The translations under genes and the position numbers were made by a program. Under the pieces are notes generated by a model, which did not search any database, was not told the origin of the DNA, and saw nothing but the letters and a program-made list of their open reading frames with translations. A DNA stretch of 64,000 nucleotides. It comes from an uncultured Bacilli bacterium. GTDB lineage: Bacteria > Bacillota_I > Bacilli_A > RF39 > UBA660. Within the stretch, counting starts at the first letter, position 1. Every line of letters starts with the position of its first letter. The DNA lies in contig CANQFJ010000003.1 in NCBI GenBank assembly GCA_947598485.1, positions 7,754-71,753 of the forward strand, written 5' to 3'. Positions 36,238-47,478 of the stretch are shown piece after piece.

Positions 36238-36284
36238 TTATATTCACCTAATAATAGGTTGTTATAATTTCTAATATTTATACT

Positions 36285-36986
36285 TTAAACTTCCTTTTTA
36301 TAATATGATTCAATATATGCAAATAAAGGAGCATCTAAACTAAAGTCTCTTTCAAAAACCTCATCTATAACATGGTAAGAGTTAAGAGCTTCGAATTCAG
36401 CATTTTTATCTCCTACAAAGATAGCTTTACCTCCATTTTCATGAACAAAAGTAAATGCATCTTTATCAGTTAAGCCATCTCCTATATAGATAACATCTTC
36501 ATAAGGAATATGTTCTTTAGCACATATATTTTTTATACAATCTACTTTCTCTTCATCCGTTAATATTTTATCTAAATTACCATCTTGATCATCATCTTTA
36601 AACTCTGTTCCTTCAACACCATCAAGATATTTTGCAACAGAAGTTTTTAGAACATAATCTTTATATCCTGATGTAATTACATACTGTTTTATACCCATTA
36701 TTTTTAAAGCAGGAATAAATTCCATTACGCCCTTACTATATATAACATCTTCTGCTCCTAGAGAAATAATATTACTATTAAGCTTAAAACCATTTTCCAT
36801 AAGAACTTTTTTAAAAACATCATAATAGGCCTCATATACACTAATATGCATTTTTTGGGTAATTTCTACTACTCTATTATAAAATGATTCATAATCAATA
36901 TTACATTTAGATATTATTTCATATTGAGGAATGGAATAAGGCGTTAACGTTCCATCAAAATCATAAAATACAATCATTACTATCAC
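36285..36986 (-). CDS. HAD-superfamily hydrolase (phosphoserine-phosphatase-like subfamily IB)
   Basis: Motif I is FYDFDGTLT. Motif III/IV is IGDGLTD with an upstream K. Confidence 0.75.
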   Translation of the reverse strand: MIVMIVFYDFDGTLTPYSIPQYEIISKCNIDYESFYNRVVEITQKMHISVYEAYYDVFKKVLMENGFKLNSNIISLGAEDVIYSKGVMEFIPALKIMGIKQYVITSGYKDYVLKTSVAKYLDGVEGTEFKDDDQDGNLDKILTDEEKVDCIKNICAKEHIPYEDVIYIGDGLTDKDAFTFVHENGGKAIFVGDKNAEFEALNSYHVIDEVFERDFSLDAPLFAYIESYYKKEV

Positions 36987-37028
36987 CTATATTAATTATA
37001 GGAAATAATAAATTAAAAAGCAATTTTC

Positions 37029-37550
37029 TTACTTCTTATCTGTCAACAATCTTTGACTTACATCTTTTAAAGATTGAAAGTAAACTGCAAGTACAAGAGG
37101 TAATTGATTATTAGATTTAGCTTCATTCATTTTTTCGACTATAATAGCAAGTAATTCAGCATCGGCATTATCTATATCTATTTTACAAAAGGCTGAATCG
37201 ATAATTTCTTTAAAGTATTTGATACCTATATCCAGTTCATTTCGAGCAACATCAAAATATATTTGGGAAAATGGGGCTTCTAAGGATAGAGATATATCTT
37301 CCCTAGAAAGTCCTTCATTTAATAACTCAATAACTCTACAAATCAAATCTTTATAATAAAAAGTACCTACTTCATCCATTGGAAAGCCTAAAGATTCTAA
37401 AAGTTCAAGAATTTGTATACGAGTTAATTCTTTATCACTAATATCGGTTAATCTACGCTCTTTATAATCTTCATATTGCTTTTTTTCAAAAGCAACAGAT
37501 TCAGAAAAATTAACATAACCATTCACATACAGAGGCTGAGTATTTACCAT
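37029..37550 (-). CDS. hypothetical cytoplasmic helical protein
   Basis: The ORF start is uncertain. The ATG at 37548-37550 is preferred over the track start at 37619. There is only a weak resemblance of LLESLGFPMDEVGTFYYKDLICRVIE to Spo0A-C-type helices, which is not sufficient for a call. Confidence 0.4.
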   Translation of the reverse strand: MVNTQPLYVNGYVNFSESVAFEKKQYEDYKERRLTDISDKELTRIQILELLESLGFPMDEVGTFYYKDLICRVIELLNEGLSREDISLSLEAPFSQIYFDVARNELDIGIKYFKEIIDSAFCKIDIDNADAELLAIIVEKMNEAKSNNQLPLVLAVYFQSLKDVSQRLLTDKK

Positions 37551-37781
37551 AACCTTTTTTATCCTTTCATAACATTTTCTATCTATAATGGTGCTTTCAT
37601 AAAAAAAGCACAAAATCATTTATACTTAATTTCGTACTACTTCTATATTAAACATTTATAATGATTTTTTTACGCCAAATTATTGTATCATAAAATTATA
37701 GTTTGTCAAGTATCTATCCAAAATATCCTTATTTACTACTAAATAATATGATAATTAAAATTAATTATTAAGATTTACATA

Positions 37782-37806
37782 TAAAAAGGTTGCCCTAAGA
37801 CAACCC
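37782..37806 (-). terminator. putative terminator after the collagen-like gene
   Basis: GGTTG...CAACC stem (37788-37805), followed in minus orientation by a T5 run. It sits immediately after the stop at 37814. Confidence 0.45.
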
Positions 37807-37813
37807 TTATAAT

Positions 37814-38200
37814 TTACGCTCCTGCTGCTGGACCTGTTGGACCTTGAGGAATAGTTAAGTTTAATACATAATTTGGTGCAGTACCTGTTATAGTTGCTGT
37901 AGCATCACTACCTGGAGCACCCGTTGTAACTGAACCAATTGCTAATGTAGGTGTTTCACCATCTGCACCAGCAGCTCCCGTTTCACCAGTAGGACCTGTA
38001 GCTCCTTGAGGGATAGTAAAATTAAGCGTATAGTTTCCATCAGAACCTGTTATAGTTGCTGTTGCTGGTGTATCAGGATCAGTAGTATCTACTGTTCCAA
38101 TTGCAAGTGTTGGTGCTGGACCTGTAGCTCCAGTGGCTCCAGTTTCACCAGTAGGACCAGTGGCTCCCGTTGGGCCCGTTGCTCCTGTAGGACCTGTTGC
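37814..38200 (-). pseudogene. C-terminal fragment of an interrupted collagen-like gene (G-X-Y triplets plus two PTLAIG...IPQG modules)
   Basis: The frame opens only two codons after an in-frame TAA. There is no ATG and no Shine-Dalgarno; the track's M is a TTG. The sequence continues the G-P/A-T repeat of the fragment at 41726-41979. Confidence 0.75.
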
Positions 38201-38228
38201 CAATGGTTAAAAGTGGCACATAGAAAAA

Positions 38229-38259
38229 AAGCAAAATAAAAAGTGGTGTTTAAACCACT
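38229..38259 (-). terminator. terminator after the element cargo gene
   Basis: AGTGGT-gtttaa-ACCACT hairpin (38242-38259), followed in minus orientation by TTTTTATTTTGCTTTTTTT. Confidence 0.55.
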
Positions 38260-38267
38260 AATTTTTA

Positions 38268-39815
38268 TTAAATTTTTTCGTAAACAGCTCTATATTTAGC
38301 TAAAAGTATACCTGTTTCTTTACCATCTTTATCAGTAACAGGAGTTCCATTAACAGATACCATTTCCCAACCCATAAATCTGTATCCAGGTTTAGCTTTA
38401 GGAGGTTGCATTACATACTCTGTTATATCCCCTCTTCTACCAAGAGTAACTGTTCCTTTCATTAGACCTGTGCCTGGTTCAGCAAATCCTTCACATGCAT
38501 TTGTATCGCATGAGAATTCAGTAAACCAAATACAACCAGATCCATCTTTTCCACAAACGCCTTCATTCCAATAGTCTGTATTGCCACCAGTACGACGTAC
38601 TTTTAAATCTGGTAATGTACTATAGAAATGGAATTCTACAGGATGTTTTTCTGGAACTTCTTCTTTACCTTCTTGATCTTTAGCTAGTCTTTCTGCTTCT
38701 CTCTTTAATGCATCATTAATAACTTTCCAATCATCCTCTGTAAGTTCTCTTTGATTAGAAGCTCCACCTTCACTCTTTGTTGAAGTATTGTTAGATTGTT
38801 TAGTTGTATTTGAACTGCTAGATGAAGAATTACTAGATTGCTTAGATGTATTCGCATTACTTGATGAAGAATTAGTAGATTGTTTAGACTTTTCAGTCGT
38901 ATTTGAGCTATTTGCTTGTTTAGCAGTATTTTGAACTTGTTTAGCAGCTTCCTCAGCTTGTTTTATTTTTTCAGCTTCTTCAGCGGCCTTTCTTTGAGCC
39001 TCTTCCTCAGCTTTTCTTTGGGCTTCTTCAGCTTGTTTTGCAGCTTCTTGAGCTAATCTCATTCTTTCAGCTTCTGCAGCTTTTTGAGCAGCAGCTTCTG
39101 CAGCAACTCTTGCTTCCTCAGCTAATCTTGCTTGTTCTTCTTGTAAAGCTTTTGCAGCCTTTGCTTTAGCCTCAGCAGCTATTCTTTCAGCTTCAGCCTT
39201 TTTTCTAGCTTCTTCAGCTTTTTGAGCTTCTTCTTGAGCTTTTTTGGCAGCTTGATCAGCAGCGGCTTTTTGAGCAGCAGCGGCTTTTTGAGCTTCAGCA
39301 GCTTTCTTTTCTTCAGCCTTAGCAGCCTCTACTTTTGCTTTTGCAGCTTGTTTAGCTTGAGCAGTTCTAGCAGCTGTTACTTCGGCTTCAGCAGCAGCTT
39401 TAGCCTTTTTAGCAGTTTCAACTAAATCATTAGCCTTTTTGACTTCAGTTTCAGCAGCTTTTTGATTTGATGAAGCTTTTTCAACTTCCTTTTTAGTGCT
39501 TTCAACTTTAGCTTCAGCTTTTTCCTCAGCCTTATTAGCAGTTTCTACTTTAGCCTCAGCAGTTGCAACTTCTTTTTTAGCAGCTGTAACAGCTTTGTTA
39601 GCAGTTTCTACTTTTGCTTGAGCAACTTTAACTTCAGCTTCAGCCTCATTTAGTACTTTAGCTTGTTCAACATTAACTACATCTTTTTCAATGTAATTTG
39701 CTTTTTTGTCACTTTCTAGCGTTTTACTAACATCAACGCCTAGAGCATACATACCTGATGTAGCAACACCAGTAGCTAAAAATCCACTTAGTAATTTAAC
39801 TGGTAACTTTTTCAT
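38268..39815 (-). CDS. secreted Ala/Lys/Glu-rich coiled-coil surface protein with a Ser/Asn-rich linker and a Cys-containing C-terminal domain (cargo of the element)
   Basis: Signal peptide, then about 270 aa of AEAKxxAAK-type helical repeats and an SSNxT low-complexity tract. The C-terminal domain contains a GYRFMGW (Listeria-Bacteroides/InlB-B-repeat-like) motif. Confidence 0.7.
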   Translation of the reverse strand: MKKLPVKLLSGFLATGVATSGMYALGVDVSKTLESDKKANYIEKDVVNVEQAKVLNEAEAEVKVAQAKVETANKAVTAAKKEVATAEAKVETANKAEEKAEAKVESTKKEVEKASSNQKAAETEVKKANDLVETAKKAKAAAEAEVTAARTAQAKQAAKAKVEAAKAEEKKAAEAQKAAAAQKAAADQAAKKAQEEAQKAEEARKKAEAERIAAEAKAKAAKALQEEQARLAEEARVAAEAAAQKAAEAERMRLAQEAAKQAEEAQRKAEEEAQRKAAEEAEKIKQAEEAAKQVQNTAKQANSSNTTEKSKQSTNSSSSNANTSKQSSNSSSSSSNTTKQSNNTSTKSEGGASNQRELTEDDWKVINDALKREAERLAKDQEGKEEVPEKHPVEFHFYSTLPDLKVRRTGGNTDYWNEGVCGKDGSGCIWFTEFSCDTNACEGFAEPGTGLMKGTVTLGRRGDITEYVMQPPKAKPGYRFMGWEMVSVNGTPVTDKDGKETGILLAKYRAVYEKI

Positions 39816-39849
39816 AAAACATTTCCTTTCAATATAAATTTACACTTAT

Positions 39850-39878
39850 GTCATACTATATTATATGTCAAATGTCAA
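39850..39878 (-). promoter_or_regulatory. sigma-70-type promoter of the cargo gene
   Basis: In minus orientation, TTGACA (39873-39878) - 17 nt - TATGAC (39850-39855). The -35 lies within a tandem ATGTCAA ATGTCAA direct repeat. Confidence 0.45.
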
Positions 39879-39989
39879 GTTTTCCCCCATATTTATGCCT
39901 AATTTGGCAAATTTTTACAATAATAGTTTGTCAATTTTAATGAGTATTATACTTAATTATATTTGAATAAAATAAAATTGTGATGAATA

Positions 39990-40107
39990 ATGAAAGTAAA
40001 CGTTTATTACGATAATAACGGCATAGATATCAATAAAGCTATTGAAGATATCATAATAGAATCTTACTTTTTAGAAAATCAATCTTTTACGGGAGAAAAG
40101 ATAAAAG

Positions 40108-40115
<8 letters not shown>
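39990..40115 (+). CDS. possible 41-codon ORF overlapping the recombinase start (MKVNVYYDNNGIDINKAIEDIIIESYFLENQSFTGEKIKDV)
   Basis: Not in the ORF track. It overlaps the recombinase ATG by 8 nt. The Shine-Dalgarno is weak and coding status is uncertain. Confidence 0.2.
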
Positions 40116-42491
<2,376 letters not shown>

Positions 42492-42553
42492 TTAAATATT
42501 TAAATAGTCTATATATTGGCAAAAAAACATAAAAATATAAAAAGAGGTGTTCA

Positions 42554-43636
42554 ATGAAAATATGTGTATATGCAATTACTAAAAATGAAAGCAAACATGT
42601 AAAAAGATGGTATGAAAGCATGAAGGAAGCCGATGAAATATATGTATTAGATACCGGTTCTACTGATGATACTGTGCAAAAACTAAAAGATTTAGGTGTT
42701 CATGTAGTAACAAAGGTTATTAAACCTTGGCGTTTTGATAAAGCTCGAAATGAATCTCTAAATTTAGTGCCAAGTGATACTGATTTATATGTTTGTACTG
42801 ACTTAGATGAAGTTTTCGACAAAGGCTGGCGAAAACTCATTGAAGACAATATAAAAGAAAATACCACTCGGGTTAAATATCTATATAATTGGTCTTTTAA
42901 AGAAGATGGAGTTACTCCTGCAACTACGTTTTATTTAGATAAAATCCATACCAAGGGATATCATTGGAATCATCCCGTACATGAAGTCCTTTATCCCGAA
43001 GGTAATGAATGTTTCCAACTAATCGAAGGTATAGTTCTTAATCATCATCCTGACTATAGCAAAAGCCGAGGATCATATTTACCATTATTAGAACTTAGCG
43101 TTGAAGAAGATCCCGATGATGATCGTAATGTTCACTATTTAGGTAGAGAGTATATGTATTATAATCGTAATGAAGATGCTATTAAAATGTTACATAAGCA
43201 TTTAAAATTACCTAGGGCAACATGGAAAGATGAAAGATGTGCCTCAATGAGATATATGGCAAGATGCTATCATCGTCTTGGCTTTGATGAAGAAGCAGAA
43301 ATGTGGTTTAAGAAAGCTGAAGAAGAAGCTCCCTATTTGCGTGAAAGCTATATTGAGCTCGCAGGTTTATATAATGAATTAAAAATGCCTGAGAAGGTCC
43401 TTGAAGAACTAGATAAGGCCTTTAAAATAAAAGATAAAAGTGAATCATATCTTAATGAAGAATTTGCTTGGGATAGCTATCCATATGATTTATATGCAAT
43501 TAATGCCTATAATCTAGGTAAATACAAACAGGCTGTATTGTATAATCAAAAAGCAATGGAACTAAATCCTAACGACGAAAGATTAAAAGGAAATCAAAAA
43601 TACTATGAAGAAGCTTTAAAAAAAGCTAATGAATAA
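42554..43636 (+). CDS. GT2-type glycosyltransferase with a C-terminal TPR region
   Basis: N-terminal segment CVYAITKNESKHVKRW...YVLDTGSTDDT is GT-A like. The C-terminal ~150 aa show TPR-like helical repeats. Divergent from the collagen-like genes. Confidence 0.65.
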   Translation: MKICVYAITKNESKHVKRWYESMKEADEIYVLDTGSTDDTVQKLKDLGVHVVTKVIKPWRFDKARNESLNLVPSDTDLYVCTDLDEVFDKGWRKLIEDNIKENTTRVKYLYNWSFKEDGVTPATTFYLDKIHTKGYHWNHPVHEVLYPEGNECFQLIEGIVLNHHPDYSKSRGSYLPLLELSVEEDPDDDRNVHYLGREYMYYNRNEDAIKMLHKHLKLPRATWKDERCASMRYMARCYHRLGFDEEAEMWFKKAEEEAPYLRESYIELAGLYNELKMPEKVLEELDKAFKIKDKSESYLNEEFAWDSYPYDLYAINAYNLGKYKQAVLYNQKAMELNPNDERLKGNQKYYEEALKKANE

Positions 43637-43640
43637 GTAA

Positions 43641-43678
43641 AAGCTTGGTTAATATTAATTATTAATCAAGCTTTTTTA
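43641..43678. terminator. bidirectional terminator between convergent genes
   Basis: 13-bp stem AAGCTTGGTTAAT / ATTAATCAAGCTT with one G-T pair, followed by a T6 run on the plus strand and an A-run on the other side. Confidence 0.65.
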
Positions 43679-44284
43679 TTAAGCTAATTTGATAGAACTA
43701 TCTTTTTGACTTTTAACTAAATGATATTCCTCCAATGTCATATCATTTGCAAATAGATATGATGCAAGTTCTACGCCTACAAATCTAAAATGCCATGGTT
43801 CAAAATTAATACCCGTGATACCTTCTTTACCTTGAGGATATCTTAAAATAAAACCATATAAATGGGCATTTCTGATAAGCCATGCATATTCAGGATCATC
43901 ACTAGTAACATCATCAGTGTATGCCCCATTTCTAAAATAAGCTATGTCAAAAGCAATACCACTTTGATGTTCACTTGCACCAGGCATCATAACATATTTA
44001 GAAGTATGCTCTAGTCCTTTTTCTAAAACATTTTTATCCCATATAACTTGTTGATAATCATAAGACCTATATCCACTATCAATAATAATATGAAAACCTT
44101 CTTTTAAAGCAGCTTCTTGCATTAATTGAAAATATGGCCATACTGCACTACTTATCATTGGCTTTAGACTAGGATCTTTATAATTATGAAAATTATCATC
44201 ATTATTATCAGTAATTATTAGATCATTTGGAACAAAAGATCTATCTAATTTATGCTCTTTGTTTATTAAAATGTCATAGTCCAT
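43679..44284 (-). CDS. M15 family D-alanyl-D-alanine carboxypeptidase (VanY-like)
   Basis: SGYRSYDYQ, SEHQSGIAFD and EPWHFRF motifs. Confidence 0.85.
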   Translation of the reverse strand: MDYDILINKEHKLDRSFVPNDLIITDNNDDNFHNYKDPSLKPMISSAVWPYFQLMQEAALKEGFHIIIDSGYRSYDYQQVIWDKNVLEKGLEHTSKYVMMPGASEHQSGIAFDIAYFRNGAYTDDVTSDDPEYAWLIRNAHLYGFILRYPQGKEGITGINFEPWHFRFVGVELASYLFANDMTLEEYHLVKSQKDSSIKLA

Positions 44285-44377
44285 TTATAATCATCTCCAT
44301 AATATTTATATTTTATTTTAAAATAAACTTCACATATATATAAATACAAATATTTTACCATAAAAATAATTTATTGC

Positions 44378-44408
44378 ATAAAAATAGATGAGACTTCTCT
44401 CACCTATT
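44378..44408 (-). terminator. terminator after the 456-aa surface protein gene
   Basis: AGATGAGA-cttc-TCTCACCT hairpin with one mismatch, followed in minus orientation by ATTTTTAT. Confidence 0.45.
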
Positions 44409-44425
44409 TATAACTATTTTATGTA

Positions 44426-45796
44426 TTAATCTTGTTTTTTCTTAGCACTAAATAATGCTATGCCAGCAAGTGCAACACCAGAGATTCCAGCAGCAATTAC
44501 ATAACTAACAATTTTATCACCAGTATTAGGATTTTCAGGTTCATTTCCAGCATTTGCTTGGTCTTCATATGCTAGTGCATAAGTAGAAAATTTATCAGTA
44601 GCAAAGCTTAATTCTTTTCCATCATCAGATAATAATGTATCAAGAACTTCAACCTCTCCATTATGTTCTCTTAAAATGTAATATACTCTTGTATAACCTT
44701 TTTTTACTTCAGGTAAATTTTCAGGTACTTTAACTGTAAGAGTTATTTCATCAGTTAATTCATGTAAGTTAAGTGTTTTTGTACCAGCTTTTACTACAAC
44801 GTTTATATCTAAGTATTTAGAAATTGTTGCGTTAGGTAAAGCATCAGTAAATTCTTTCTTTTCCTTATCTGTTGCTGCAACTTCTTTAGCTTCTAGAGCA
44901 ACAGTTGCATCATGATTTGCTAATAATTCTTGTAATTCTTTATCTTCAGTATTTTTTAATGTATCAGCTAATACGTCAGATGTTGCTTCATCAGCTGCTA
45001 CAGCATTACCACTTACTTCAGGTTTAGCTACAACTTCAGGTTTACTAAATACGCTTACAGCTTCTTTAGTTTGAACATTACAGAACCATATCCATCTTAC
45101 AGATACTTTATCAGCACCTACTTTAGAAATTTCTTGTACCTCTGGTCCTTTGAAAGTACTATCAATATCCAATGTTCTTGAACCAACAGTTTTGCCATCT
45201 GCAGTTTTAACTGTAAATGTTACATTACCATCTTCAATCGTCCAAGAATATGTATATACTCCCTCTGCACTTATTTTAGCTAAAGGATTATTGTTCCAGT
45301 TTCCACCGCTTATGTCTACACCTTGGATGCCTATTAAGAATTCGTTGTTAACATTTTCTGTTATAACATTAATCTCATTTACATATTTTCCGGTATTATC
45401 TTTTAATGAGAAAGAAATTTCAAAAAATTGTTGATGTAATATTTTTTCTTTATCTAATTCTATTTGTAATTCTTCATGTATACCTGTAGCTGCAGTGTCA
45501 GTTCCGCCTTCAACATAAGGTCCTACGTTCATGGCTACCCATTTGTTAGCAGATGTTTCTTTGTTTCCTTGGTATTTATTTCCTGCTATTTCAGTTTCGT
45601 TTGTGTCACCTACTGCTTTAGCAGTTCCAGCTGCATATCCAGTGCATCCAGAATCAGTGGTTACACATTCTGACTTAGGCATAGTTGTCTTCCAATCTTT
45701 TGTCTTATAGTTAGTTAATGCACTAGCAGGTGTGCATAAAGCTAACATCGAAAATCCACACAATGCTGTTCCAATTATTTTGTCAAATTTTTTCAT
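44426..45796 (-). CDS. cell-wall-anchored surface protein with an NPNTG sorting-signal-like C-terminus
   Basis: Signal peptide. The C-terminus is ...ENPNTGD followed by a hydrophobic helix and a KKKQD tail, the classical sortase signal architecture with a non-LPXTG motif. Confidence 0.65.
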   Translation of the reverse strand: MKKFDKIIGTALCGFSMLALCTPASALTNYKTKDWKTTMPKSECVTTDSGCTGYAAGTAKAVGDTNETEIAGNKYQGNKETSANKWVAMNVGPYVEGGTDTAATGIHEELQIELDKEKILHQQFFEISFSLKDNTGKYVNEINVITENVNNEFLIGIQGVDISGGNWNNNPLAKISAEGVYTYSWTIEDGNVTFTVKTADGKTVGSRTLDIDSTFKGPEVQEISKVGADKVSVRWIWFCNVQTKEAVSVFSKPEVVAKPEVSGNAVAADEATSDVLADTLKNTEDKELQELLANHDATVALEAKEVAATDKEKKEFTDALPNATISKYLDINVVVKAGTKTLNLHELTDEITLTVKVPENLPEVKKGYTRVYYILREHNGEVEVLDTLLSDDGKELSFATDKFSTYALAYEDQANAGNEPENPNTGDKIVSYVIAAGISGVALAGIALFSAKKKQD

Positions 45797-45891
45797 CCTT
45801 TTCCTTTTCCTTTCCTATTATAATTGTAGTATAACCCCTTAGGTATGTCAAGCCCTTTTAAAGGGTATATTCATATAAAATATGGGATAAT

Positions 45892-45921
45892 ATGCCTAAA
45901 AATAGACATATTTTTAGGCAT
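45892..45921. repeat. perfect 13-bp inverted repeat (ATGCCTAAAAATA-gaca-TATTTTTAGGCAT) between two surface-protein genes
   Basis: Read directly from the sequence. It sits next to the 45922-45947 terminator and upstream of the 456-aa gene. It could be a second terminator hairpin or an operator. Confidence 0.6.
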
Positions 45922-45947
45922 AGAAAAACCCGTTTTTTATACGGGTC
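45922..45947 (-). terminator. terminator after the 280-aa surface protein gene
   Basis: ACCCGT-tttttat-ACGGGT hairpin, followed in minus orientation by TTTTTC. Confidence 0.6.
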
Positions 45948-45951
45948 TTAA

Positions 45952-46794
45952 TTAACTAAACTTTTTAATTTGGTTACATATATATGCCATTGCAAATAAG
46001 CTTATAGCAGATAAACTTACATATACTAAAAGGCTATCATAAGTATCAGGAACCTCTTCGGCTTCTATTTGTTTATAAGTTGATGTTAATATTGCTTTAT
46101 CTACAACATCAGCATCTGTAGCAGGATTTCCTTCAACATCAACAAAGCCTGTGAATTCATAGCCTTCCTTTTTAGCAGCATATTGATATAGATCTTCTAG
46201 TTTGGAGGTATCTAATACTTTATGATCTACTTTATCAATATTAACGGTAATATAGTAAACAGCCTTTATAGTAAGATCAACATAAATTGGTTCATCAAGG
46301 CCAATTTCTTCACCAGTAGCAACATCTATAAATTTAGCAAATTCTTTATTCTTAGCTTCTATCAAGTTTTTTACTTGACTACCATAAGATAAATCTTTTA
46401 ATGTATTTATCGTAATGCCAGCATCTAAATTTTTAAATGTATTACCAGTATTGGCTATTTTAATAGTTACTTTATCTGTTTTACTAATAGCTTTAATTGT
46501 TAAATCAGAAAATATTTTTTCATTAAAATCGACAGCTTTACCAGTAGCCACATTAATAAATGTAAAATATTTATCATCAGGATCATCGATTACTGATTTT
46601 AGTTTACTTGCATAACTTTGTTCTTTAATTTCATTTAAAGTTTGTCCTGCTTTTACTTGATAACTAAAATCCACTTGAGTTGGTTCATCAATAACTCTTA
46701 TTTTGACAGTTTCATCAGCACTTACATTTAATGTCATAATTAAAGAAACTACTGTTATTACCAATAAATATAATACTGCTTTCAAGTTCTTCAT
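45952..46794 (-). CDS. surface protein with an internal ~75-aa duplication and a C-terminal membrane anchor
   Basis: Signal peptide and two homologous repeats (...F(I/T)(N/D)VATG(K/E)...DLTIKA(I/V)). The C-terminal segment is hydrophobic and ends in KKFS. Confidence 0.6.
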   Translation of the reverse strand: MKNLKAVLYLLVITVVSLIMTLNVSADETVKIRVIDEPTQVDFSYQVKAGQTLNEIKEQSYASKLKSVIDDPDDKYFTFINVATGKAVDFNEKIFSDLTIKAISKTDKVTIKIANTGNTFKNLDAGITINTLKDLSYGSQVKNLIEAKNKEFAKFIDVATGEEIGLDEPIYVDLTIKAVYYITVNIDKVDHKVLDTSKLEDLYQYAAKKEGYEFTGFVDVEGNPATDADVVDKAILTSTYKQIEAEEVPDTYDSLLVYVSLSAISLFAMAYICNQIKKFS

Positions 46795-46932
46795 GTCTTT
46801 TCTCCTTTCTACAAAATATTTTGCAAAACTACTATTAATTTTGCTACACCAATATTTTTATATTGATGTTCTTAGTATGCTACTTTTATAAGGAAAATAT
46901 ACTTTGGCAAATATTGTAAAACATCTAAGCAG

Positions 46933-46958
46933 CAAAAAACAGTTTCGTTTGAAACTGC
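46933..46958 (-). terminator. Rho-independent terminator
   Basis: CAGTTTC-gttt-GAAACTG hairpin, followed in minus orientation by a T6 run. Confidence 0.6.
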
Positions 46959-46965
46959 TTTCTTG

Positions 46966-47478
46966 CTACTTATAATACGTTAATAATTTATCTTCTATCT
47001 CTTTAGCATCATTACTAAGTATTATATACACATAATGTTTATCTTTTTTAACTATAGCTTTATCATATAAATCTAGTAGCTCTTTTTCCGTAGTACTATT
47101 TTTACTTGATTCAATATAGCTTTCAAGGACATTATAATAATCATCTACTTGGTCAGTTTTAACTATTCCAACGAGATTTTTTGGTTGTTGTAATTCTTCC
47201 TCTTGGGATAAATAATAGTTATCACTTAAGAATAGATAATCACTAATTGTTTCAACATCAATGCCAAAGTAATAATTTATATCAAATTGATCCATTTCTT
47301 CAAGATTTAAATCAACATAATCTTTCAAGAAATCTTCTTTAACTTGTTCTAAATCATAACTTCTGTTAGCATCTCTATTAATTTTTAATAATACTAATAC
47401 TGCGATAGCAATTATCGCTATTATGACAATTATTAGTATTATTTTCTTACTATGTTGTTTCATTATTGTCATCACCAT
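46966..47478 (-). CDS. membrane-anchored small protein (about 165-170 aa), possibly DUF4358-like
   Basis: N-terminal TM helix plus an acidic extracytoplasmic domain. It overlaps the 3' end of the giant gene. The exact start is ambiguous (47478 or 47463). Confidence 0.5.
   Translation of the reverse strand: MVMTIMKQHSKKIILIIVIIAIIAIAVLVLLKINRDANRSYDLEQVKEDFLKDYVDLNLEEMDQFDINYYFGIDVETISDYLFLSDNYYLSQEEELQQPKNLVGIVKTDQVDDYYNVLESYIESSKNSTTEKELLDLYDKAIVKKDKHYVYIILSNDAKEIEDKLLTYYK

Noticed and set aside
37814-38203. The track ORF treated as an independent gene starting with M (TTG) at 38203
   Set aside because: The codon is TTG. It lies two codons after an in-frame TAA, no Shine-Dalgarno precedes it, and the sequence immediately upstream is the inverted-repeat end of the recombinase element. 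It is better explained as the distal half of an interrupted gene.
39851-39859. CATACTATA, which resembles a sigma-K/sigma-E type -10 box (CATA---TA), upstream of the recombinase gene. If real, it would support mother-cell-specific excision.
   Set aside because: It is a 9-nt match in AT-rich DNA with no convincing -35 element at the right spacing. It lies about 250 nt from the recombinase ATG and overlaps the -10 of the opposite-strand cargo promoter. That is insufficient evidence. Promoter mapping is needed.
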